Below, piece by piece: positions 48,788 through 57,351 of a stretch of 64,000 nt of DNA. The position numbers were made by a program, and so were the translations under genes. Under the pieces are notes generated by a model. It saw nothing but the letters and a program-made list of their open reading frames with translations, did not search any database and was not told the DNA's origin. Position 1 is the stretch's first letter. Each line of letters starts with the position of its first letter. Source of the DNA: a virus; the IMG/VR virus record IMGVR_UViG_3300037010_003037, positions 83,698 to 147,697 of that record; one strand, given 5' to 3'.

Positions 48788-49639
48788 TTGATTTCACGTT
48801 CCAAAACTAAAACTAAAACTAAAACTAAAACTAAAACAAAAAGAGAAAAGTCAACGACAACCATAGGTCACTATGTACGTAATGCAGATTTACTGCCAGC
48901 TGTCATAGAAGCAAAAGAACTTGGGGTGGTTACTGATAAGCTAATCAAGATGATCTGGCTTATCGCTGAACGATACTCTAGGAAAGCAAATTTCGTAGGA
49001 TACTCTTTCAGAGAGGATATGGTCTCAGCTGCAGTTGAGAACCTATGTAAAAACGCCCTTAAGTTTGATCATGAAAAGTATTCTAATCCTTTCTCTTTCT
49101 ATACTACAGCGATTCATAATTCTTTTCTGCAATTTATGGCAGAAGAGAAAAAACATCGCACGCTTCGTGATACCCTTTTAATTGATGCAGGAGCAAATCC
49201 AAGCTTCAACTTCATGGAAGATGAACTTGATGAGACACAGTTAGAAATTAAAGAATCAGATGAATATTACGTGGCCAAGAAAAAATCTATCAGTGAAGAA
49301 GATGATAATATTGAGATGTTAGATGAACGGGTACCACGCGTTCCATATGAAGAAAAGATTCGTTATCGGGATCGTATTCCAAGTGAGGTTAAAATATATG
49401 GACCAGATGATGTTGAGATTGATCCTGTAACTGGTGATATCATCATCAAGTCTAAGGAACAGGTTAATGGAATTCCAGCGTATGAAAGGAGCGTGAGTAA
49501 GCCAGAACAGGTTGAAGAAGTCAAGACAAAGCGTAAGCCACAAACGGTAAAGACTGATGCTGAAAAGAAACCTACGGTTAAAAAGACCGTGAAAGGTGAT
49601 GTTGCTGAGAAAAAGACAAAAACTACTAAGGTGAAGTAA
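48788..49639 (+). CDS. gp55: Late sigma factor
   Basis: HYVRN, IAERYSRKANFVGYSFREDM, KFD.EKYSNPFSFYT; TTG start with AGGAG SD; upstream of gp47/gp46. Confidence 0.92.
   Translation: MISRSKTKTKTKTKTKTKREKSTTTIGHYVRNADLLPAVIEAKELGVVTDKLIKMIWLIAERYSRKANFVGYSFREDMVSAAVENLCKNALKFDHEKYSNPFSFYTTAIHNSFLQFMAEEKKHRTLRDTLLIDAGANPSFNFMEDELDETQLEIKESDEYYVAKKKSISEEDDNIEMLDERVPRVPYEEKIRYRDRIPSEVKIYGPDDVEIDPVTGDIIIKSKEQVNGIPAYERSVSKPEQVEEVKTKRKPQTVKTDAEKKPTVKKTVKGDVAEKKTKTTKVK
48803..48838 (+). repeat. (AAAACT)5+ in-frame microsatellite encoding KT repeats
   Basis: Five perfect copies plus AAAACA. Confidence 0.95.
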
Positions 49640-49641
49640 CC

Positions 49642-50697
49642 ATGCAAGTACGCAATAAAGGTTCTTCACTGAAGAAGGTTGCGATGTTCACTGATATTCA
49701 TTTTGGTAAGAAGAATAATTCTATTCAGCACAATCAAGACTGTTTAGATTTTGTTACATGGTTTTGTTCAAAGGTTAAAGAAGAGCGTGATGTAAGTCAT
49801 GTTGTGTTCTTAGGTGACTGGTTTGAAAACAGAAATTCAGTGAACGTCATGACTATGAATTTTGCCTATGAAGCGCTGAAGCTTCTGAATGGTTTAAATG
49901 TTCCAATTTACATTATTATCGGCAACCATGATCTTTATCATCGCGAAAACAGAAAAGTCTTCTCAACAAAGGTCTTTGAACAGTTTGAGAATGTTACACT
50001 TGTAAATGAACCGACTGTAATTGATAACACTGTTCTAGTGTGTCCGTTTTTGTTCAAAAATGAATATTCAGAACTGGCCAAGTATTCCAAGCTCCCATAT
50101 TGGATGGGTCACTTTGAATTTCGTAACTTTGTTGTGACTGGATCTGATAGACGCATGGAACATGGCCCAGATCACAAACAGTTCAGTGAGCCTACATACA
50201 TTTTCTCTGGACATTTTCACAAACGTCAAGCAATTGACAATGTCGTTTATATTGGTAATGTTTTTCCCATGGACTATGGTGATGCTTGGGATGATGCACG
50301 TGGTATGTGCATTCTTAACACAGAAGATGATGATGTTACGTTTATTGATTGGGAAGACTGCCCAAAATATCGTAAAGTAAAATTGTCAGATGTAATTAGT
50401 GATAACGCTCCAATTTTTCCGTCAAAATGTAGAGTACGTTGTTTAATTGATATTGATATTGGATATTCTGATGCTCAAATCTTAAAAGAAGAAATGGTGA
50501 AACAGCTTGAATTAAGAGAATTTTCTCTTGAAGAAAACTTAAATGAGCGCAAGGATGCTATTGCTGGTGAAGATGTTCTGGAGAACTTTGATCTAAGCTC
50601 ACTTAATGATGCTGTGATCAAAATGCTTCAAACTGGCATATCAGGTACAGCCACAATTGATCCAGAACGTTTAGTAGACATTTACCAGCAATTATAA
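49642..50697 (+). CDS. gp47: Mre11/SbcD-like recombination nuclease
   Basis: Phosphoesterase motifs TDIHFG, LGDWF, IGNHD, GHFE and SGHFH. Confidence 0.93.
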   Translation: MQVRNKGSSLKKVAMFTDIHFGKKNNSIQHNQDCLDFVTWFCSKVKEERDVSHVVFLGDWFENRNSVNVMTMNFAYEALKLLNGLNVPIYIIIGNHDLYHRENRKVFSTKVFEQFENVTLVNEPTVIDNTVLVCPFLFKNEYSELAKYSKLPYWMGHFEFRNFVVTGSDRRMEHGPDHKQFSEPTYIFSGHFHKRQAIDNVVYIGNVFPMDYGDAWDDARGMCILNTEDDDVTFIDWEDCPKYRKVKLSDVISDNAPIFPSKCRVRCLIDIDIGYSDAQILKEEMVKQLELREFSLEENLNERKDAIAGEDVLENFDLSSLNDAVIKMLQTGISGTATIDPERLVDIYQQL

Positions 50698-50774
50698 TGA
50701 TGAATAATAGTGTGTTGAATCTCGTACAAAACTGTGTGTAAATGATTAACAATATCAAATTAGCTTAACACAAT

Positions 50775-51038
50775 ATGAGTAAACCAGTTAATTTTAAACA
50801 ATTACAGATTCGAAATTTTTTGTCTTTCGGAAACAATCTTACATCAATTGACCTCACGCATTGTGGCTCAACACTAGTTATGGGAGAGAATGTAGACGCT
50901 AACAGTAACAACGGTGCTGGAAAATGTGTACAAGGTAAAACTCTTATAAAAATTCGAAATAAACGAACAGGAGAAATCCAGACCGTTTCAATTGGAGATT
51001 TTTTTGAGAGCTTACAAAAGCCTAAAGAAAAAAGTTGA
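50775..51038 (+). CDS. gp46: Rad50/SbcC ATPase N-extein (50 aa) fused to split-intein N fragment (37 aa)
   Basis: RNFLSFGN...GEN...NGAGK followed by CVQGKTLIKIR...SIGDFF (intein block A); stop TGA. Confidence 0.92.
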   Translation: MSKPVNFKQLQIRNFLSFGNNLTSIDLTHCGSTLVMGENVDANSNNGAGKCVQGKTLIKIRNKRTGEIQTVSIGDFFESLQKPKEKS

Positions 51039-51437
51039 TATATCTAAAACATTCATCTCAATAATAAAATGCACCAGCTTTCAGATATTGTAAATCGTAA
51101 GTTCACTGACATCATTGACATAGATGATTATGAGATTGAGACGGACACAGGGTGGGTACCAGTTACACATCTTTGCAAAACAATCCCATATGATGTTTGG
51201 CAAATTGAGACAATAAATGGGTCAAAATTAGAATGTGCTGATGATCATATTTTGTTCACAGCAGATCTAAAGCAAGTTTTTGCTAAAGATCTACATGTAG
51301 GCGATTTGGTTTATACTAGAAATGGACCTCTTCCCATCAGCAAGATTCAAAAAACTGAACGTGTTGAGCAAATGTTTGACGTGCAAGTTGATCACCATAA
51401 TCATAGATTCTGGTCAGGTGATTATCTTTCGCATAAT
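50925..51437 (+). mobile_element. Atypically split mini-intein: IntN 50925-51035, IntC 51069-51437
   Basis: Cys1; block B ECADDH; block F MFDVQV..NHRF; block G SHN then Thr+1; no endonuclease domain. Confidence 0.92.
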
Positions 51438-53045
51438 ACTACGATCATTAACGCGCTGTGTTACGCTCTATACAACAAACCTTTTGACAATATTTCACTT
51501 CAACGACTGATTAACTCTACCAACAACACTAAGAATACCTTGATGGAAGTTAGATTAGTGTTTAGCAAAGGTGATGATGAGTTTGAGGTATATCGTTGTC
51601 GTGGTGAAACATTCAATATTCAAGTCTATATGAATGGAGAGGACATCACCCTTGACAGTGTTGCTGAAAATGACAAGCTTGTAGAAGAGCTAATTGGTAT
51701 AAGCTATGAGCTCTTTACGAAGATTATTATCTTTTCCGGAAATTCCATTCCGTTTCTGATGATGCCAGTTTCACAGCAACGTCAGCAGATTGAAGAATTG
51801 TTCAACATTACTCTTCTCACAGAGAAGGCTGTTAAGCTTAAAGAAATCATAAAGGCAACTGAGAACAGTATTTCAATTCAAGAAGCTGTTATTCGTGAAC
51901 AAGAAGCTGCGGTGAATCTGTATAATAAACAACTAAAGGACGCAGAAAACCGAGTTGCTAAATGGGAGTCTGATAGAAACGCACAAGTCATAAGTCTTCG
52001 TGAACAACTTCAACTCATGCAAACGGTTGACATTGAAGTTGAGAAAGAGCTTCATGTTTTAACTGCCGCGCTAAAGGAAGAAGAAAACACCTTGCAACAC
52101 AAGCTAAGTAGTGCTAAGAAGGATAAAGTGACAATTTCTGCAGAGATTAAGAAGTTATCAGACGAACTTGTACACTTATTAGAAGATAAATGCCCTTACT
52201 GCTTACAACAATATGCTGGCGCGGCTGAGAAGTTAATTGAAAAACAAGATCTTCTCGAGCAAAAAAAGACTAAACTTGTAAGTCTTGAGGAAATCATCAC
52301 GACTACATCAGCTGAAGTTGCAGAACTAGTTGATCAGCGCCTGCGAGCTGCCAAGCTTATGAAGTTTTCAAGCCTTGCTGATGCTGTACGAGCAGAATCT
52401 TCTGCACAAACAGCTCAACAACGAATTGATGAATTATTGAACACTGTTAACCCGCACAGTGAAGCGCTTCAAGCTTTGCGTGAGAGCGCTGTTAAAGAAG
52501 TTGACTACGCTCAGTTAGATTTACTTAAGAAGGATTTGGATCATCAGCAGTTTCTGTTGAAATTGCTTACAGATAAAAACTCATTCATCCGGCGTCGAAT
52601 TATCCAAAAAACAATTCCATTTCTAAACAATCGTCTAATCCATTATACTAAAGAGCTTGGACTTCCACATGTTGTCATGTTTGATGATGATATGAGCTGT
52701 ACCGTATCTGAGTATGGTCGAGAACTTGATTTTGGTAACTTGTCTAGTGGTGAAAAGAAACGAGTAAATCTTTCATTATCACTTGCTTTTAGAGATGTTC
52801 TTCATCATCTGCACTCAAAGGTAAATTGTTTGTTTATTGACGAGATAGATGCATCACTCGATAGTTCTGGAGTTGAAAATGTCTTTAGATTATTAAAAAA
52901 TAAATCTCGTGATGAAGGGCTTGGACTCTGGATAATCTCACATAGACCAGAAGCTATTGGTCGATTCGACCGTTCAGTAATTGTTCGCAAAGAGAATGGG
53001 TTTAGTCGTATCGTATCTGAAGATGGAGATGAGTTTGAAGAATAA
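51069..53045 (+). CDS. gp46: Split-intein C fragment (123 aa) fused to Rad50/SbcC C-extein (535 aa)
   Basis: After SHN: TTIINALCYALY, coiled coils, Zn hook CPYC, signature LSSGEKKR, Walker B LFIDEID, H-loop ISHR. Confidence 0.93.
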   Translation: MHQLSDIVNRKFTDIIDIDDYEIETDTGWVPVTHLCKTIPYDVWQIETINGSKLECADDHILFTADLKQVFAKDLHVGDLVYTRNGPLPISKIQKTERVEQMFDVQVDHHNHRFWSGDYLSHNTTIINALCYALYNKPFDNISLQRLINSTNNTKNTLMEVRLVFSKGDDEFEVYRCRGETFNIQVYMNGEDITLDSVAENDKLVEELIGISYELFTKIIIFSGNSIPFLMMPVSQQRQQIEELFNITLLTEKAVKLKEIIKATENSISIQEAVIREQEAAVNLYNKQLKDAENRVAKWESDRNAQVISLREQLQLMQTVDIEVEKELHVLTAALKEEENTLQHKLSSAKKDKVTISAEIKKLSDELVHLLEDKCPYCLQQYAGAAEKLIEKQDLLEQKKTKLVSLEEIITTTSAEVAELVDQRLRAAKLMKFSSLADAVRAESSAQTAQQRIDELLNTVNPHSEALQALRESAVKEVDYAQLDLLKKDLDHQQFLLKLLTDKNSFIRRRIIQKTIPFLNNRLIHYTKELGLPHVVMFDDDMSCTVSEYGRELDFGNLSSGEKKRVNLSLSLAFRDVLHHLHSKVNCLFIDEIDASLDSSGVENVFRLLKNKSRDEGLGLWIISHRPEAIGRFDRSVIVRKENGFSRIVSEDGDEFEE

Positions 53046-53118
53046 ACAAGTGTAGTTTCAAACTATTTTGTTCAAATTACATAAGTTGAATGTATTTGTA
53101 TTTTCACGATTGGGAAAA

Positions 53119-53126
53119 GATAAATA
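53119..53126 (+). promoter_or_regulatory. Late promoter variant GATAAATA
   Basis: Intergenic box upstream of the resolvase-like gene, overlapping a hairpin arm. Confidence 0.55.
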
Positions 53127-53177
53127 GAGAGTGAACGTCTTCAGGTTCAATCTCTATCAACTTACAATTCGTGAATT

Positions 53178-53762
53178 ATGAAAAAATCACAACAAAAAGG
53201 TGGTGATGAAAATTTATCTGTCACTAAAAGAAAACGTCGTCCTGGTATGGGCAAAGCAAAGGGAAATAGCTTTGAAAATATAGTTGCTAAAAAACTTACC
53301 GCAGCTTTAACACCACTCAAATTCATCAGAACACAAGGTTCAGGTGCTAGAGTTGGTGGAAAGAATTTTGAAACTATTGGTCAAATGTTTGGCGAGGATG
53401 CACTTAAGCTCTTCGTCGGCGACGTAGTTCCTGTAAATGAAAAAGATTCAGGAGTGGTGTTTAACTTCTCAATAGAGTGCAAATCATACGCAAAATCTGA
53501 TAGTTTTGAAACGATGGTCGCTGGTAATGCGAACATTTTCAAGTGGATTCATGAAGCTATTGACGACGCAGCGAAGGTTAATAAAGTTCCTTTACTTATT
53601 TTCAAGTGGAACCGCTCTCCTATCTATGTCGCCATGTTACATGGTGATAATATTATGCATCAACCACGCATTAGTTTATCTCAAAATGGGTGTATAATTG
53701 ATATCTTTTACTTGGATGATTTACTTCCATCACAAAATTTTTGGATTACTAATAAAGAATAA
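53178..53762 (+). CDS. Hjc-type PD-(D/E)XK Holliday junction resolvase-like nuclease
   Basis: KGNSFE..VA, R..GSGA, GDV, SIECKSY, PLLIFK.NR. Confidence 0.8.
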   Translation: MKKSQQKGGDENLSVTKRKRRPGMGKAKGNSFENIVAKKLTAALTPLKFIRTQGSGARVGGKNFETIGQMFGEDALKLFVGDVVPVNEKDSGVVFNFSIECKSYAKSDSFETMVAGNANIFKWIHEAIDDAAKVNKVPLLIFKWNRSPIYVAMLHGDNIMHQPRISLSQNGCIIDIFYLDDLLPSQNFWITNKE

Positions 53763-53768
53763 AGTATT

Positions 53769-54413
53769 ATGGCACACGGCGATTTTTTACCACGTTGGTT
53801 GGCGCGTGTAAATGTTTACAGACCAACAACTGATTTTTCAGATCTACTTAGAATAGTAGCAAGCTACTATGATATGTATGCTAAAGCGTACACTTATATG
53901 GGACCATGGATAGCAAAGCAGAACGCCATGAATTTCTCAGTTCCAGATAAAGATGAAATTATGGCTGGTATTGGTAAACCAAGATCAACAATAAGCTATA
54001 CAACCTACTCAAAGTTCATTGATGCATTATTTGATTTTGCTATTATGTCTAAGGGTAGAAAGGCTCTTATTAATCCTAACCCATCAACTCATCATTCGGC
54101 TCAGTTTTCACAAAGCACATTTAACATTACTCCTGTTACTGATAATGTTGTTTTACGAGATGAACGAGCTGTTAGAAAACCAGCCAAGACGCTGCATAAG
54201 ATTGAATTTTTTGGAGCAGATCTTCCAGTATACATAGAAAATTTAACCATTAATCCAGATCAAATCAAGTTTATTATTTTACGTCCCAAGCTTGGTAAGC
54301 TTGGGTGTCCTAGCACTAATAAGTGGGAAGTCCTGTTGTACAGACAACCTTATACATATCTTATTGACCATATTGATTCAAATCTAAACCCTCGTTGGAG
54401 CGGAATTATGTGA
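53769..54413 (+). CDS. Hypothetical protein
   Basis: 214-aa ORF directly after the resolvase. Confidence 0.75.
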   Translation: MAHGDFLPRWLARVNVYRPTTDFSDLLRIVASYYDMYAKAYTYMGPWIAKQNAMNFSVPDKDEIMAGIGKPRSTISYTTYSKFIDALFDFAIMSKGRKALINPNPSTHHSAQFSQSTFNITPVTDNVVLRDERAVRKPAKTLHKIEFFGADLPVYIENLTINPDQIKFIILRPKLGKLGCPSTNKWEVLLYRQPYTYLIDHIDSNLNPRWSGIM

Positions 54414-54539
54414 GTTTGTTTAATGAGCACTTCGTTTTCAAAATCTGGACATGATTATCAGTATGTTTCAGCGTGATATAATTGTTTAGTACATCCCATC
54501 ACTTTAAATTATTTCATATATACTATAAGGAAATGAAAA

Positions 54540-54725
54540 ATGAATTCTAAGCGAGCAAAGAAGTTACGTGCTCTTGTTAAACATTTGCAAGCAAAAGGTG
54601 CAATTAATGAAAATTGGGTTGTCACCGGGAGTGATAAGCAGACTGGTTCACGATTAAATGATCCAGCATGTGGGCGTTCAATCTATCAAGCAATGAAAAA
54701 GCGTGATCTTCTAAACTCTAAATGA
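54540..54725 (+). CDS. Small basic hypothetical protein
   Basis: 61 aa; TAAGGA SD; TG-n-TATAAT at 54474-54482; ATGA overlap with the next gene. Confidence 0.7.
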   Translation: MNSKRAKKLRALVKHLQAKGAINENWVVTGSDKQTGSRLNDPACGRSIYQAMKKRDLLNSK

Positions 54726-56062
54726 TTTATTTTCATCCGGTTCTTACTACAGTTGAAATAGACCATAAACATCCGCTTCATGTGAGTAAGTTCTTTGACT
54801 TAACACGCATGTGGTGGAGCAAACGAAAGGAGCGCCAAGCGATGGTGCTTTCTATCGCTGTTGCATGGTACAACACAACACAACGGTATAGGAAAGCTCC
54901 AGGCTTTATTGAGGAAGAGGTGCTTCTAACGTCTCTTACCAGCAAGGTAAAGGATGCTAAACACATATTAACTAAGTTCTTTATTATCAAGAGAACCGGA
55001 TATAACTTCAATGATGGGAACAAAAGCCCAACGATTGTAAGTCCAAGAAAACTGCCTCAAAAGATGGTTGATGCCATTGAAGGTATCATTAAAGATGTTT
55101 GCTTTTATCCCGGTATAGAACCATTATCTACTAAGCTCACAAAATCAAAGGTGAAAGTGCGTAAGCACCGCTGGTACTATATTCATGAAAGACTGATTAG
55201 TGAATCACGTGAAGATTTAATGCCAGCAGTAAAGTGGCTTTGTGAACAGAATGATCCAATTTATTTCTACTTCCAGCCATCAGGTAAGCTTCAAGCACGT
55301 GACACTTCTGTGTGGCCTATCAAAAGCATTGAAACATGGCCAGGGTGGTTAAGACGAGAGCTATTTGGGAGCGTTGTAGATATTGAAAATGCCTACTGTC
55401 AGTTTCTTGTAAATCACTTGTACAAAAAGTACACTGATAATGAAAATCGTTTAAAGCTCAAGTATCCAGACATTCTAAGAGCAGATCAAGATAAGCAAAA
55501 TTTTCGTGAAGAACTATGTCGGGATGTATTGCGCCTTCCGGTAACAGTTGAAAACATATCTATCGTAAAACGCTTAATTATGGCGCTCGCGAACGGTTCA
55601 AATGCAACTCCGGCTCTTATGGTAAATGGATCAGGGCGATCTGAAGCTGTTAGAATTGTTCTTCAAGCAAATCCTAACTTGAAACCATCAGATCTACTAG
55701 AGATTGGAAAGCGGTTGTCATTTATCGCGAAGCAGTTTAGGGCTGCTAAGAAGGACATTTGCATGTTTGTTCTTGGTTTAAAACCAACCGCGCGAAACTT
55801 AAAGAAAGTGTTTGAGCTTTACTTTGAATGGGAACGTGATGCCCGTTATAAGATGTGGGAAATGACTGGTTTTACAGGCTTAGCACTTCATGATGGGTTA
55901 GATGGAATTCTTATTGATGATTCTGAAGCATTTGTTCGAGAAGTACTAGTGAAGCATGGGCTAAAAGTGCATGTAGAAAATTGCGAAAATGATCCAACTC
56001 TATTAATCAGCACGAATCACAGCCATGATAAAGTAGAAACACTAGAACTAGTGACAGTTTAA
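54722..56062 (+). CDS. PolA-superfamily palm-domain-like protein (TV-Pol-like)
   Basis: SGKL..R, LRRELF, motif A-like DIENAY, motif B-like VKRLIMALANG, motif C-like LHDG. Confidence 0.55.
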   Translation: MIYFHPVLTTVEIDHKHPLHVSKFFDLTRMWWSKRKERQAMVLSIAVAWYNTTQRYRKAPGFIEEEVLLTSLTSKVKDAKHILTKFFIIKRTGYNFNDGNKSPTIVSPRKLPQKMVDAIEGIIKDVCFYPGIEPLSTKLTKSKVKVRKHRWYYIHERLISESREDLMPAVKWLCEQNDPIYFYFQPSGKLQARDTSVWPIKSIETWPGWLRRELFGSVVDIENAYCQFLVNHLYKKYTDNENRLKLKYPDILRADQDKQNFREELCRDVLRLPVTVENISIVKRLIMALANGSNATPALMVNGSGRSEAVRIVLQANPNLKPSDLLEIGKRLSFIAKQFRAAKKDICMFVLGLKPTARNLKKVFELYFEWERDARYKMWEMTGFTGLALHDGLDGILIDDSEAFVREVLVKHGLKVHVENCENDPTLLISTNHSHDKVETLELVTV

Positions 56063-56095
56063 GTTATCTGTGATATTATCCTTATTTGTTTCAGG

Positions 56096-56168
56096 ATTTT
56101 TAAGCATTAACAAGTAAACGTTAATGCTTAAAAATAAAAAATGGGAGATCTAAAGATCTCCCATTTTT
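56096..56168. terminator. Two adjacent hairpins; bidirectional terminator between convergent operons
   Basis: 16-bp IR ATTTTTAAGCATTAAC/GTTAATGCTTAAAAAT (56096-56135) and AAAAATGGGAGATCT-AA-AGATCTCCCATTTTT (56137-56168). Confidence 0.88.
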
Positions 56169-56200
56169 ACCACCTAAAAGTGTATGAACTCGGTGGCTGA

Positions 56201-56425
56201 TTAGTACACTGGGAACATTGACTTTGATGCCACCTTTAACCGATCATTGATGAAATCAACAGCAATTTCTCTTTCAGCTTGAGACATCATCAATACCTGT
56301 TGATAGCTCCACGCACCTCGAGAATAGTAAGAGATTTCAATTGCTGATCGCACAAGCTGTTTGATTTCTGCTCCAAGGCGTGCAATATACTTTTGCACAG
56401 CTATCATATCTCCAGCTCTAATCAT
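56201..56425 (-). CDS. gp51-like small hub/tail assembly protein (possible -1 frameshift extension of the upstream gene)
   Basis: WSYQQVLMMSQAEREI pattern; lies in the -1 frame of the upstream gene. Confidence 0.65.
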   Translation of the reverse strand: MIRAGDMIAVQKYIARLGAEIKQLVRSAIEISYYSRGAWSYQQVLMMSQAEREIAVDFINDRLKVASKSMFPVY

Positions 56426-57216
56426 TCTGTGAAAAAAGACACTGGATTAATTGGAATTTCAACATCAAAGTCCTCACCACAATCACGGCAATTACACGTC
56501 CATTTTAGATCTGGCCCCCAATCATTAATGCTCTCTGATTTTTGCGCTATACGGTTGATAAATGTCGTTGGTACTTTTCTCAACCATTCCTCAATAAGCT
56601 TAGGATCAGTTACATCATCAACTTGGTTTACCACTGCCAAAAGCATCATGATAAGGTTGTTCTGCTGGTCTTCAACAGTAATTTCAGTCTTTGTCTGATT
56701 TGTTCGAATCAAGTCCAGAATCTGAGAATATCTGTTAGGGTTCATTTTAACTATCTGCCCATTTGGCATAACAACAGTGTAAAGCTTGTCAACCTGGGTA
56801 GGATCAAGCATCTTCATCCTGCTTATCATCTGATCTATATCAGCAATATAGCTATGTTCTTTTGCACCTTCACATGTGTGCTTTGCAGTAAATTCATAAT
56901 TCGGACCGTATGTAACAGTTCGAAGAAACATCATTATAGCGTCAACATCTTTTGAAAGTAGTTCAGAAGGTTTGTTGATTCCGCTGACGCACGTTTTAAA
57001 GACAGTATTAATAGCTGCTCCTGAAAACAGCTGATCTGGGTTCTTCAAAACGATTTCATCTAGTGCTGACATTGGCTGAACGTGAATTTCACCATCTTTG
57101 ACTGATGGATCAAGTTCGCCGTCCTTATAGAAAATTCCTCGTGATGGAAGTTGAAAAATTCTTCCAGGTAATTTAAGCTGTGCTAACAGCGGATTAGAGC
57201 CATTTTCTGACATCAT
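56422..57216 (-). CDS. gp26: gp26-like baseplate hub/tail assembly chaperone
   Basis: LPSRG..Y, PMSALDE, DVDAI...LR..TYG, C-terminal CRDC, ends SFFTE; AGGAG SD. Confidence 0.75.
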   Translation of the reverse strand: MMSENGSNPLLAQLKLPGRIFQLPSRGIFYKDGELDPSVKDGEIHVQPMSALDEIVLKNPDQLFSGAAINTVFKTCVSGINKPSELLSKDVDAIMMFLRTVTYGPNYEFTAKHTCEGAKEHSYIADIDQMISRMKMLDPTQVDKLYTVVMPNGQIVKMNPNRYSQILDLIRTNQTKTEITVEDQQNNLIMMLLAVVNQVDDVTDPKLIEEWLRKVPTTFINRIAQKSESINDWGPDLKWTCNCRDCGEDFDVEIPINPVSFFTE

Positions 57217-57299
57217 GATCTCCTATATTTTTGAAATATCTTATATTGATGAATTAATCCACGATTAAAGATCGTGTATTTTTCTCACATGACTATGAT

Positions 57300-57323
57300 T
57301 ATAAATATGCAAATGTATTTATT
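57300..57323. promoter_or_regulatory. Face-to-face pair of late promoters
   Basis: TATAAATA (+, 57300-57307) and AATAAATA (-, 57316-57323) between divergent genes. Confidence 0.7.
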
Positions 57324-57351
57324 TGCTTTCCAATATCACTAGAATCACACA

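Noticed and set aside
51036-51068. gp46 break as a sequencing error, frameshift or stop readthrough
   Set aside because: Both halves are in the same frame but separated by two different stops (TGA, TAA), and the break falls right after intein block A, where atypical split inteins are divided.
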